From assembly GCA_963764725.1 (NCBI GenBank), contig CAVXTM010000001.1, positions 160,001-224,000 of the forward strand: a stretch of 64,000 nt of DNA. Reading direction: 5' to 3'. This document shows, in pieces, positions 20,901 through 30,602 of the stretch. The notes under the pieces were generated by a model. That model searched no databases, was not told the DNA's origin, and worked only from the letters and a program-made list of their open reading frames with translations. A program made the position numbers and the translations under genes. This stretch comes from an uncultured Gammaproteobacteria bacterium. Its GTDB lineage: Bacteria > Pseudomonadota > Gammaproteobacteria > JACCXJ01. How positions within the stretch are numbered: position 1 is the first letter of the stretch; the number at the start of each line of letters is the position of its first letter.

Positions 20901-21721
20901 ATCCCTTCGCCCACTGGCTACGTGCCGGGCGTCCGGACGGTCCGTGGCGTGTCGAGGTCATCGATCCGTCGAACCACACGGAGGCCCCCGTCGCGATCAG
21001 GCTTCGGCGCGCGCTACACGTTCACGCCTTCTATTTCGACCTGCTCGACGACATCGTCGCGCGCCTCGGATCCGAAGGCCCGCCATGCGACCTATTCGTC
21101 AGCGTGGCGTCCGACGCCGACGCAGCGCAGGCGCGCAGGCTTTTCGAAACCTATCGGCGCGGTGCCTGCGATGTGCGAGTGGTACCGAACTGCGGCCGTG
21201 ATATCGGCCCCTTCCTGACGGCTTTCGGCACTAGGCTGCGCACCTACGACGTCATTGGCCACGTCCACACGAAGCAAAGTCACGTGCTCAAAGACCGCGA
21301 GATCGCACGGCGCTGGCGCGAATACCTGCTCGAGAATCTGCTCGGCCGCGAGCATCCGTCGGCCGACGCGATCCTCGGGCGCTTCGCCGAGGATCCGCAG
21401 CTCGGTGTCGTTTACCCGGACGATCCCCATGTGCTCGACTGGGGACGGAACCGCGATTTTGCCGGCGCGCTCGCGCGACGGATGGGCATCGCGAGCCTTC
21501 CTGACCCGCCCCCGAGTTTCCCGGTCGGCACGATGTTCTGGGCGCGCCCGGCCGCGCTGGCGCCGCTGTTCGACCTCGGCTTCGACTGGAGTGATTATCC
21601 GGCCGAACCTCTGCCCTACGACGGTTCTATTTTGCACGCGATCGAGCGCCTGCTGCCGATCGTCGTCGCACATACCGGATACCGTCGCGCTGCCGTCCAC
21701 GTCCCTGGATCGACACGATGA
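17918..21721 (+). CDS. Multidomain sulfotransferase + coiled coil + GT4 + RgpF protein
   Basis: LGMHRSGTS PAPS-binding motif, KDPR, RNPLSVA; 14-aa repeats; STSWRITAPLR; RKGVDLF..SRLDPMPNV GT4; LHVHAFY..NCGRDIGP..HVHTK..HAIER RgpF. Confidence 0.88.
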   Translation: MIDNIKRQLVVVLGMHRSGTSAITRGLTALGVELGQTLIPAMPDNPSGFWEDRDITTLNMELLRHLGHDYYHSSLVPILESDLASERMSAFRLRAVELLRQKTAANAIFGIKDPRTARLLPFWQAIYDYLGLIVGYVIAVRNPLSVARSLSVRNEFESEKSHYLWLEHMVPAVLETSSARRVFVNYDNLMDNAAREVQRIAASLVLSTDTIHDGLLKEYQNAFLEDNLRHSQYTTEDLRLDPSVPRPVIEAYELLVKLASDELSPVAAEVTSTFRRLQHELNDLRPALGYITRLEERIAGLNQGVAERDGRIARLNQTVAERDGQIASLDRAVAERDGQIASLDRAVAERDGQIASLDRAVAERDGQIASLDRAMAERDGRIASLDRAMAERGAIMRAMYASTSWRITAPLRFVERAASRLRFRRRFRTVISITARSLYRVLPISVGRKVKLKGWLFGSFPFLFGQTSAYRNWAALMARNDRQRAVDNFDRNFYLQAYPDVAESGVDPLQHYLNEGRKEGRLGRAPQLIVNADPQVLASDRPTVLVVSHEASRTGAPILAWNICRELRNRCNVIALLLGGGGIASYFAETCDVVVGPFDGPIRNPTAVGPIVNDICDRYSIDVALVNSIESRAVIPPLSERFVPSVLLVHEFFAYTRPREDFVAALRLAADVVFSAQIVQRNALTEQTRPVVEASHVLAQGKCVIPAGAPAGLGTAAELAAIEPLVRPGGRKRFFVLGAGTVQYRKGVDLFVATAAEVRRLGRDADVAMLWIGQGFDPERDLSYSAYVQEQIVAAGIDNIAVIGEVENLEAVYALADALFLSSRLDPMPNVAIDAMSIGKPVICFDNATGIAEILAHDPRTAECIVPSASIGDAARLILRLQSSLAFADAVSAGVRDLAARYFHMPSYVARLFDIAWAARTRSLQERNDAATLQDAADFDVDFDSMPVTYPRTREHAIVSFLRSSASGIEARRPAPGFDSATYARHHELGRDAANPFAHWLRAGRPDGPWRVEVIDPSNHTEAPVAIRLRRALHVHAFYFDLLDDIVARLGSEGPPCDLFVSVASDADAAQARRLFETYRRGACDVRVVPNCGRDIGPFLTAFGTRLRTYDVIGHVHTKQSHVLKDREIARRWREYLLENLLGREHPSADAILGRFAEDPQLGVVYPDDPHVLDWGRNRDFAGALARRMGIASLPDPPPSFPVGTMFWARPAALAPLFDLGFDWSDYPAEPLPYDGSILHAIERLLPIVVAHTGYRRAAVHVPGSTR
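18830..19094 (+). repeat. 42-bp coding tandem repeat, 6 full units plus partial (VAERDGQIASLDRA)
   Basis: Units start at 18830, 18872, 18914, 18956, 18998, 19040, with a partial at 19082. Confidence 0.97.
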
Positions 21722-21851
21722 ACGCGGCTTGCTTCGTGCCTTCTCGGTCTCTCGATCGCGAATTGGGCGAGCACCACATGGCTACGGGACTGCAACCGCG
21801 CGGGGAAACTGCGCGTGTGTTTCCAAAGCGACGGGGACAGGCCGACTTACC

Positions 21852-22781
21852 ATGCGGTGTTTGATCCTAGGCGGTGGCGGGTTCATCGGATCGTTTCTCG
21901 CGGACCGGCTGCTCATCCTCGGTCACGCCGTACGGATCTTCGAGCGACCGCGCGTGCTTCCGTACCGGGCCTTCGGCCGCGAAGAACGCGTCGAGTGGCT
22001 CGCTGGCGACTTCCAGAGCGCGGCCGACGTTGAGGCGGTCGAAGGTTGCAACGTGGTGTTCCATCTGGTTTCGACCACGTTGCCGAAGAATTCCAACGAC
22101 GACCCCATCTACGACGTCGAGACCAACCTCGTTGGCACGCTTAGGCTGCTTGCCGCGGCAGTACGGTGTGCGGTCCAGAAAGTCGTGTTCATCTCGTCGG
22201 GCGGCACCGTGTACGGCGTACCCAGTCGGATCCCCATCTCCGAGGAGCATCCCACCGAGCCCCTCGTGTCCTATGGAATCGTCAAGCTTGCGATTGAAAA
22301 GTACCTGCATCTCTACTGGTGCATGCATGGGTTAGACTACCGCGTTCTCCGAGTCTCGAATCCTTTCGGCGAGCGGCAGCGCGTGGACACCGCCCAGGGC
22401 GCGGTGGCCGTGTTCCTGAGCAGGGCGCTTGCGGGCCAGCCGATCGAGATCTGGGGCGACGGCAGCGTGACACGTGACTACGTCTACATCGAGAACGTCG
22501 TGGACGCGTTCATCATGGCCATGAAGCACGATGGCGAGCCGCGCGTTTTCAACATCGGCTCGGGTGAAGGCCGCAGCCTGAACCAGTTGCTTACGACTAT
22601 GGAGGAGCTGATCGGGCGTCCCGTCGAACGGCGCTACCTGCCGGCCCGTAAGTTCGACGTGCCGGTGAACGTGCTCGACGTCAGCCGCGCACGGGACGTG
22701 CTGGGCTGGCGGCCACGCGTCTCCTTCCGCGATGGGCTAGGACGAACACTGGATTGGTTGCGCACCTCGCAGGGCCGATAG
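21852..22781 (+). CDS. NAD-dependent epimerase (UDP-glucose 4-epimerase-like)
   Basis: MRCLILGGGGFIG, SSGGTVYG, YGIVK; ATG at 21852. Confidence 0.9.
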   Translation: MRCLILGGGGFIGSFLADRLLILGHAVRIFERPRVLPYRAFGREERVEWLAGDFQSAADVEAVEGCNVVFHLVSTTLPKNSNDDPIYDVETNLVGTLRLLAAAVRCAVQKVVFISSGGTVYGVPSRIPISEEHPTEPLVSYGIVKLAIEKYLHLYWCMHGLDYRVLRVSNPFGERQRVDTAQGAVAVFLSRALAGQPIEIWGDGSVTRDYVYIENVVDAFIMAMKHDGEPRVFNIGSGEGRSLNQLLTTMEELIGRPVERRYLPARKFDVPVNVLDVSRARDVLGWRPRVSFRDGLGRTLDWLRTSQGR

Positions 22782-22910
22782 AGACTTGCTCTAACGCCAT
22801 ACCACCTGCCTCCAAGAGGATGGTCTTCATTTCAAAACCGTATTCGCGTCACACGGCCACGCCCCGCCCCTGTCATGTTTTCGACTATGTCTACTGAAGG
22901 AACTCCTGGT

Positions 22911-23012
22911 ATGCCACGGCTATTGCAGGTCTCTTGCCTGCCGTATCTCCTCGTGGCCGCTTGGCTGACTTTCGTCGGGTGGGCGATATGGCAGCACGTC
23001 CAGGCGAGCGGG
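22911..23012 (+). pseudogene. N-terminal fragment of a polytopic membrane protein
   Basis: MPRLLQVSCLPYLLVAAWLTFVGWAIWQHVQASG; runs into the opposite-strand methyltransferase fragment. Confidence 0.4.
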
Positions 23013-23100
23013 CAGCGGTCAAGTGCGTAAAGACGGAGAAGGCATAGAGGAGATCGAACTTCGAATCACCAAGCTCCGTCGGTGGTAGGAGAGAATTGAC
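23012..23100 (-). pseudogene. Class I SAM methyltransferase, C-terminal part (split by IS21)
   Basis: Minus strand reads VNSLLPPTELGDSKFDLLYAFSVFTHLT, the in-frame continuation of DFGTYSV at 30603+. Confidence 0.85.
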
Positions 23101-23209
23101 TGTGTATTCCGCGCCATTGTGATCGGTGATTCCAATTGATTGTGATCACGGTTTCCGACGGATTGTGATCGCTAATTCCGCGCATTGTGATCACGGATTG
23201 TGTGGGATC

Positions 23210-23450
23210 ACCAAGGGTTTCTTATTTCGTTCGGTTTTTAACGGCATCGTTTTTCGGGCCGATGGTGTTTGTGGTGGCGGAGGATGTTTCGGCGCGTGCG
23301 CAGCGCTCGCTGGGATGTCACGGAGTCGCGCTCTTCCTCTGCGCGCTGCCGATGTTCTACCACTTCGAGCGGTCGAGCGCTTCCAGCTCGCCTGGATACT
23401 GGGGCTTCACCGATACCGTTCTTGCGGGAGTGGCGGCGCTCGCCTGCTCG
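23210..23450 (+). pseudogene. Internal fragment of a polytopic membrane protein
   Basis: KGFLFRSVF / LPMFYHFE..SPGYWGFTDTVLAGVAALA spread over two frames. Confidence 0.4.
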
Positions 23451-24569
23451 GTGCTCACAGACATGATAGAAATCGATAAGCTCGACCCCCGGCGGGAGTG
23501 TGGCGCGGAGGTAGGTCCAGTTATCACGCGCCCCATCGGCGAGCTTGACCAAGCCGAGATCGGGCCGTTGCCTGAGTGCGGCTTCTATCTCCTGGGTCAG
23601 CATCGTCTTCAAGCCCGCCTTGTGCCGCTCAGGCATCCGTGCCATCCGCACCGTGGATAGTCGATTGCCTTCCGCGTCATAGTAGGTCAACGTACCGCAG
23701 CCCACTTCCGAATACCCCGCCGGGCCGCACGTGCGCTTATCTTGTGCCTGGGACTCCTCGCGTTTCTGTGCACGCGCCCCGTCTTTCATCGGCACCATCA
23801 CCCCATCGAGGGAGACGGCCAGGGTGACCGCCTCCGTCGGCATCTGTGCCTTTGCACGCAGCTCAGCTTCATAATGGCTCCGCTTCGCCTCCCAGCGTGC
23901 GCTCAGTTGCTTGGGCAGCCGGTCAAGGCTCGATTTCGAAGGTGTCATGTTCCCTAGCTCCTGAAACAGATCCTCGCCTTCTTGCGGCGTCAGATGCGCA
24001 ACCACAAAAGCCACCTGCCGGGCCGCGAGCGGCGTCCAGCGCCCCTCCACAATACCCGCCCGCAACTCCAGCGGACACAGCGTGCGCTCTTCACCTCGTC
24101 CACGCCGATATAAGCTCCGCATCACCTGAACTGGGCCCGCCGCACTCACATAGGTCTCCTCGCAGCGCACCACCCGTCGGTATAACTCACCCTCAACCGT
24201 TACCGCCGGCAGATCCACATCCAACCGTGCTAACTCCTCGGCCAATACCTCACGCTCGGCCGCCACAAAATACTCATGCAGCTCGCGCTCAAAACCCTCC
24301 ATCTCATCGACCGCTTCAGTCGATAAGCGCCGCCGTGCTAAAAATGCCTGCAGACGATCAAAGGCGCTCTCAACACTAGCGTACCCAGCCTGTTCATGTA
24401 AAACTCTCATCGGGGCAGTCCTCCGGATTTTGGTTTGTTCGACAACTCCCTATTATCTGTGAGATGTCCTGCCCCTTCATCTCATCCACCCACCAAACAA
24501 AAGTGTCATATTACAGACCCAGTGACCGCCTAACTCCTTGATTCATCGATCAGTGCTCGATCTACTCCC
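23450..24569 (-). mobile_element. ISKra4-family element, 3'-truncated (transposase ATG at 24410)
   Basis: VSLDGVMVP, KLADGARDNW and IDFYH motifs; homology stops after DFYHVCEH; candidate left end GGGAGTAGATC at 24569. Confidence 0.75.
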
Positions 24570-24666
24570 AAGGAGTTGGTAGTGGGATAGGCCACATCTG
24601 TTTTTCTTGACCACTCATCGGTAGCACACAACCGTAGGGTCTTTCCAAGTGGGAGGACCGGCGGAG

Positions 24667-26229
24667 ATGGCGAAAAAGAGGCTACTGATGAGAAAGTTAC
24701 GTGAGATCCTGAGGCTCAAATATGAGGCCAAGCTTCCGCACCGGGTGATTGGGCGGGCGTGCGGCATTGGGGCGGGCACGGTCTCGATGTACGTGCAACG
24801 GGCCAAGCGCGAGGGGCTGAGCTGGCCCCTGCCTGAAGCGCTCGACGATGACCCCCTGGAGAGCAAGCTATTTCGCGAGCCTTTCCATGAGCGGGTCGCG
24901 CGCCCCGCCCCGGAGTGCGAAGCCATCCACCGAGAGCTGAAGCGTCCAGGGGTCACCTTGCAACTGTTGTGGCTCGAGTACCTCGAGGCGCACCCTCAGG
25001 GGTATCGTTACAGTCAGTTCTGTCACGTTTACCGCCGCTGGGTGAAGAAGCTCCACCCGAGTCTCCGGCAACGCCACCGTGCGGGAGAGAAGGTCTTTGT
25101 CAACTACTCGGGCAAGCGGCTTCATCTCATCGACCCCGAGACGGGTGAACTGATCCCTGTCGAGCTTTTCGTCGGGGTACTCGGAGCCAGCGGGTATCTC
25201 TTTGCGGAAGCCACGGCGGGCCAGACATTGCCCGAGTGGATTGGATCGCACATCCGGATGCTGGAATTCTATGGCGGCTGTCCGGCTGTCTTTGTGCCGG
25301 ACAATTTACGGAGCGGCGTCACGCACCCTTGTCGCTATGAGCCCGAAGTCAATCGGAGCTATGCCGATCTGGCACGCTTCTATGGCGCGGTGGTGATCCC
25401 CGCACGGGTCCGAAAACCCAAGGACAAAGCCAAGGCGGAAGCCGGGGTCTTATTGGCCCAGAGGTGGATCCTCGCAACGCTGCGTAACCGCACCTTCTTC
25501 AGCCTCGCTGAACTCAATGCCGCCATCCGGGAAAAGCTCGCGCAGATCAATAGCCGAGTGATGAAAAAAATGGGGATGAGCCGCCGCCAACTCTTCGAGC
25601 ATATCGACCGCCCGGCGCTCAAGCCGCTGCCGAGCGAGCATTTCGAGATGGCAGAGTGGAAGTACTGTCGGGTCAATGTGGACTACCACGTGGAGATCGA
25701 CCACAACTACTACAGCGTCCCCTATACGCTGCTCCACGAGCGCCTCGAAGCGCGCTTCACCACATCCCTCGTCGAGCTCTACGACAAAAGCCGCCGCCTT
25801 ACCTCCCACAAACGCCTCTACGGTCGCGCGCAGGCATCCACCTACCACCAGCATATGCCTTCCCATCACCGTGAATACCGAGAGTGGTCTCCAGCAAGGC
25901 TTATTGACTGGGCCGCTAGAAGCGGACCGGCGACCGCGCAGATGGTCACCGAAATCTTGCGCCGTCGACGCCACCCCGAACAAGGTTACCGTGCCTCGCT
26001 AGGCCTGATGCGTTTAGGCCGACAATACGGGGCGGAGCGCCTCGAAGCCGCTTGCGCCCGTGCGCTGCGCTTCGGCGCCTATGGCTACCGTACGGTGAAA
26101 AATATCTTGAGTACGGGCCTTGACAGCTTGTGCTCAGAGCAGGAAGCGGCCAAGCCCTTAGCCCCGATGCCCCACCACGACAATATCCGGGGTGCGGCTT
26201 ATTACACCTTGGAGGAAACCCCATGTTAG
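24667..26229 (+). CDS. istA: IS21 transposase IstA
   Basis: MRKLREILRL HTH, YSQFC, HRAGEK, VPDNL, KPKDKAKAE, HDNIRGAAYY; NYSG where DYAG is usual, so possibly inactive. Confidence 0.92.
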   Translation: MAKKRLLMRKLREILRLKYEAKLPHRVIGRACGIGAGTVSMYVQRAKREGLSWPLPEALDDDPLESKLFREPFHERVARPAPECEAIHRELKRPGVTLQLLWLEYLEAHPQGYRYSQFCHVYRRWVKKLHPSLRQRHRAGEKVFVNYSGKRLHLIDPETGELIPVELFVGVLGASGYLFAEATAGQTLPEWIGSHIRMLEFYGGCPAVFVPDNLRSGVTHPCRYEPEVNRSYADLARFYGAVVIPARVRKPKDKAKAEAGVLLAQRWILATLRNRTFFSLAELNAAIREKLAQINSRVMKKMGMSRRQLFEHIDRPALKPLPSEHFEMAEWKYCRVNVDYHVEIDHNYYSVPYTLLHERLEARFTTSLVELYDKSRRLTSHKRLYGRAQASTYHQHMPSHHREYREWSPARLIDWAARSGPATAQMVTEILRRRRHPEQGYRASLGLMRLGRQYGAERLEAACARALRFGAYGYRTVKNILSTGLDSLCSEQEAAKPLAPMPHHDNIRGAAYYTLEETPC

Positions 26230-26382
26230 CCCAACTTTCTCAACTGGAGGGGCTGATCGGTCGGGAAGGCGCATAAAATGGACGACGAGGCCTACAGGTC
26301 TCCACTACAAATGGGGATCGATCGCGTCAGCGCACGAGTTGGCCGCCGGCGGTTATTCGCGGTGGTGGTTGCGGGGGGAGAG

Positions 26383-28156
26383 TCAGGTTAAGTGGTCTGG
26401 GTTGGGCTCGGTGTAACGGCTCAAGATCAAGGTGCGGCCATCGGTGGTCGGGAGATGGACATCGAGCATCTGGATGCCGGCGAACTTATCGAGCACGGCG
26501 CGTGAGGTGAGCCCCTCTGCCAATGGCTTGAGTCGCGCTCTTAAGGTGATGTGCAGGCAATAGGCCATGAAGGCGACAAAGATGTGCGCTTCGATGCGGT
26601 GTTCGAGTTGATGGTAAATCGGGCGCAGTTGCAGATCGTCTTTCAGGTTTTTGAACGCCGCCTCAATCTCGGTAAGCTGGATGTAGAACTGCCAGAGATC
26701 CTCGGGATCTCGCCCACAGAGATTGGTGCGTAGTAGATAACGCCCCTCACGCCGACGCACCGCTCGTAGCTTCTGGCGATTGAGCCGAAAGGTGAACAGG
26801 GGTTGAGCGGTCGGATCGCTCGTGGCGGCAAACGCCTCGGGGTGTGCCTTGGTGTCAGATTCAGGCAAGGCGCCCGCTGCTTCGGCTTGTGGCAACAGGA
26901 GGTCGATCAGCCGCCAGGCGGCCCGATAACGTCCCTTGGCCTCCCCCAGCTTGAGCAGCAACTGGCGCGTGTCGTTGATCTTCATCTGCTGAAGTTGCTT
27001 CAGGCGCTTCACCAGCCTCTTGAGCTGCCGCTGGCGCATGGCGCGTTCCTTGTGGATGCGATCGCGGCTTTCGGCCAACACATAGAGCTCCTGCTCCTGG
27101 GGCAGGAGTTTTACCTGTACGCCCGGGCGCGCGGCTTGCCAGGGCAAGGGCAGGAGGTCTCGCTCCAGTTTGGTGAGCCTGCCTTTGGGGGTGCCGACCA
27201 GGTAGTAGACGGGCGGATCGGCCGCGCGCATTTCCTCGAGGATTTCCTCGGTGGGGATACCGCGGTCCATCACCCAGATCCGTTCCGCTCTTCCATATTG
27301 CATCTCGATCTTCTGCAAGAATACCCTTGAGCGTCGTCTTGTCGGCGGTGTTTCCCGGCAGCACTTCGTAGGCGATGGGGAAACCCTCCGGGGTGACCAC
27401 CAAGGCAATGACGACCTGCACGCAGTCGGGCCGCTTGTCGCGGCTGTAGCCATAGCGACGCTTGTCCTTTTCGTCCTCCGGCAGCGGGGATTCGAAGTAA
27501 GTGCTCGTCAGATCGTAGAGCAGGATATCGAAGCGGACGCCGAAAAGATCCTGCCAGCGCTGGGTCAGATGATCGAACAGCGCCCTCTTGTGGGCAAGCA
27601 CCTTGTCAAGGCAGCGATACAGCGCATTCTTCTCTACCAGCGAATAGTCCGCACTCAGCAGATCGCCCATGGCACTTTGTTCAAACCACAGCCGGTGCAA
27701 GCGCCATTCGCTGCCGGGATCGATCAAGCGGTAGACCACCAGCGTCTGCAGGATGTGATGCCAACAGGTGCCTTCGCGACTATCCGGCAGGCGTGCTTGC
27801 CAAAAGTGATCGAGCCCGAGTTGCTTATACAACTGACAGGCCAGCCAGCAAGCACCCCATTGTCGCGGTCGATGCAACTGTATTGCGTCGAGTCGTACCT
27901 TGACGCCATACCCCTTGGCGTGTTCGGGCACCTCACGCTCGGCGGGAAATAACGCGAGTTGTCTATGCCGCTGCGCGTCTTCATCGAACGCCTCGATCAC
28001 CCGGCACCAACCCTCGCGCTGGCTGTCGTTGATTTCGCCCAAATACAACACCTGGCGTTGCACGACTCTGCCATCGGAGCAGCGCTTGGCTTCGACGATG
28101 TTCCAGTAGCAATGCTCTTTGCCATCCTTGAAGCGCCGGTTGCATCGCAGATACAT
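26383..28156 (-). pseudogene. IS1634-family transposase, frameshifted
   Basis: LYDLTSTYFE, GYSRDKRPD, WVMDRGI, IEAAFKNLK, RPIYHQ; frameshift near 27325 and early stop. Confidence 0.9.
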
Positions 28157-28220
28157 GATGCCGCCGTATTGTATGCAAAACCAGGCGGCTGAAAAGACAC
28201 TTGGTCTACACTACAGCTAC

Positions 28221-29057
28221 TTAACTCGCCGGCCCTTTGCAGCAGATGACAAAGTCGTCCGCGTAGGAGACGATACGCGCTTGGTAGCGCCTCTCACACC
28301 CCAACCGCTTCCACCCCAGAATGAACCGGCGCATATACAGATTGGCCAGCAAGGGTGAAATCGGTGATCCCTGAGGAACACCCCGTTGACTGTCACGGTT
28401 TTGGGTCGTACGTCGCTTGCGTCCCCGCTCGTTTGTCTCCTCAACCGGGGCTTCGAGCCACATCTTAATCAGATGTAACATCTGCCGGTCTACCACCCGG
28501 CGCGCTACCGATGTCATCAACTCCGTATGCGGAAGACTGTCGAAATAACCGGACAAATCCGCTTCCACGACTTGCGTGTGTCCGGTGTTGAGCAAGCTGT
28601 GCACTTCTCTCACCGCCGTCAGGGCGTTGCGCTCTGGCCGATAGGCGTGTTGCTCGGGTGGCAGGTCGGCTTCGAATATCGGCGCTAGCACCACTACCGC
28701 TGCCGTCTGAACCACCCTGTCACGTATCGGGGGTATGCCGATGGGCCGCAATTTTCCATTCGGCTTCTTCAGGTATACCCGCCGGACCGCCTGGGGTCGA
28801 TACGTCTTCTTCCTGAGGTCTTCCGCCAGTTCCCCAAGCCAGCGCTCTACGCCGTACGCCTCGATGTCCTCGAACCGTTCCTCGTCCACGCCCGCCGCCC
28901 CCTTGTTGGCTTTGCAGCAGACGTAGGCGTGTTGCAGAACATCTCCGCGGTGCACCTTGTCATACAGGAGGTAGAACCGATACTCGGGTGCTTCCTTCGC
29001 TTTGACATGTAACGCCGTCTGTAGCTTCTGAATACTTTCCGGAGTTGCCAGGGTCAT
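28221..29057 (-). pseudogene. ltrA: Group II intron reverse transcriptase/maturase, truncated just after YADD
   Basis: NKGAAGVD, RPIGIP, DLSGYFD, GVPQGSPISPLLAN, YADD; no thumb/X domain. Confidence 0.9.
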
Positions 29058-29564
29058 CCCCAATCTCCTATTCCTCACCACGTCTTGCGTTGGCCTTGAA
29101 CCGAGGCACCTTCCCTCCACCGGCATTACCCGGCTTCAACGGTAACTACGAGCCTCTCCGTCACCCCATCGCGCACGGCCTCACCCTCACGGGCGTCCGT
29201 TTGGTCACCACGCCCCGACCACACGATGGGGCTTCCCGTGTTGCAGCGGTCTTCCCCTTGTAGGCATGCTGTCGCCAATACCCCGGCGGAACCCCTGGGT
29301 GCCCTCTTCGCTCGCTTCCCCAAGAATGTCAGCCTTCCCCGAATTCTCGGTCGGGTCGGCTTCCGCATTACCCTTTTCGAGGCTTGCTCAGCGTTCACTC
29401 ACATTACGGCCTGCCTACTCGCCAAGTCACCTAACGTGACCCTCTACACCAGAGGCTTCAGCCCCTTCGTTACCTCCGCGACTGCTCCGATTGCTACCGG
29501 CTGGAGCGAAAGTTGCCGGGCGGGGTTCGCACCCGCTGAAAGACCGTGCCTTTGCACGGCGCAC
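28221..29564 (-). mobile_element. Group II intron, 5' half only
   Basis: Minus strand begins GTGCG at 29564; GNRA-rich domain I-like region; RT ORF follows; domains V/VI absent. Confidence 0.88.
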
Positions 29565-29579
29565 GAGAAAGTTGGGCTA

Positions 29580-30270
29580 GAGAAGATGCAGACGATGAAA
29601 CTCTCCGCAATGGCCGAAGCCTCGCCTAGGACTCCTCATCGATACCGAATGGACCGCGCGGGAAAACCGTAAACTCGCTCGACGCCTGCGCGCGGCCAAG
29701 ATGCGCCATGCCGCTTCCATTGAAAACATCGACTTTAAACCCCCCCGCGGCCTAAACCGCCAAGAGATCCTCGCCTTAGGAAGCTGTGCCTGGATCCAAG
29801 GGCATCATAACTTGCTCATCATCGGACCGACCGGCATCGGGAAGTCCTATCTCTGCTGCGCGTTTGTCGAGCGCGCCTGCCGGCAAGGCTACACGGCTTA
29901 CTATGCCCGAGCACCCCGCTTGCTCCATGAGCTTGCCATCGGACGAGGCGATGGCTCCTATACGCGGCTCCTCAACCGTCTCGCCCGTTTCGATCTCTTG
30001 GCCATCGATGATTGGCTCCTCGGACCACTGAAAGACACCGAGCGCCGCGATCTCATGGAAGTAATCGAGGACCGATCCGAATGTGCCTCCACCTTGATCG
30101 CAACCCAGCTCCCCATCAAAGACTGGCATGCCGTCATCGGGGATCCGAATCAGGCCGATGCGATCTGCGACCGGCTGCTTCACAATGCCCACCGCATCGA
30201 ATTGAAAGGCGCTTCCATGCGTAGGACCAAGAGCGCTCCCAAACCCACAGAGGATGGGCAAAATGCGTGA
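29580..30270 (+). pseudogene. istB: IS21 helper ATPase IstB (start codon stranded at 26223; internal deletion near 29622)
   Basis: GPTGIGKS Walker A, LAIDDW, ADAICDRL; N-terminal EKMQTMKLSAMAEA and RLGLLIDTEWTARENRKL in different frames. Confidence 0.9.
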
Positions 30271-30602
30271 GCGACGGACTTCTCACCAACCCAACACGGA
30301 GAACCCGATGTCCTTAAAAGGAGGGTACCCAAGGTAGGGGTCGAGCCGAGATCGAGGCTCCTAGGCGATTACAGGCGGTCATTTTTCATCGCCGCCCCGC
30401 CCAATCGTCCTCGACAAGCTTCCGAAGGTATTCGACAATGCTCGCGATGAGGACGTAAAACCGAACACTTACTTCCCGTCATCTAGGAGAAAATACAGCT
30501 AAACAAAACGCGTCGTCACTTCGTTCCGATGAGTGATCAAGCAGTTCGGAATCCGTGATCACAATTCCGCGGAATTAGCGATCACAATCGCTGGAATATG
30601 CA

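Larger units (their letters stand above)
26229..29577 (-). mobile_element. IS1634-family element inserted in the istB start
   Basis: Perfect 13-bp terminal inverted repeat GCCCAACTTTCTC / GAGAAAGTTGGGC with TA on both flanks. Confidence 0.85.
23101..30602 (+). mobile_element. IS21-family element carrying nested insertions
   Basis: Ends TGTGTATTCC... and ...GGAATATGCA with multiple ATTCC-n-ATTGTGATC subterminal repeats; istA/istB inside; TGAC present on both flanks. Confidence 0.88.

Noticed and set aside
21255-21851. N-terminal 200 aa of the 508-aa track ORF
   Set aside because: Arg/Ser-rich off-frame overlap with the upstream gene; the epimerase starts at 21852.
23101-23200. Short repeats with variable spacers (ATTGTGATC) resembling a mini-CRISPR or iterons
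   Set aside because: They are mirrored in inverted form at about 30530-30602 and match IS21 subterminal transposase-binding repeats.
28221-29057. RT as retron, DGR or defence RT
   Set aside because: Group II intron RT motifs and a GTGCG 5' end are present; there is no VTG motif, TR/VR pair or effector partner.
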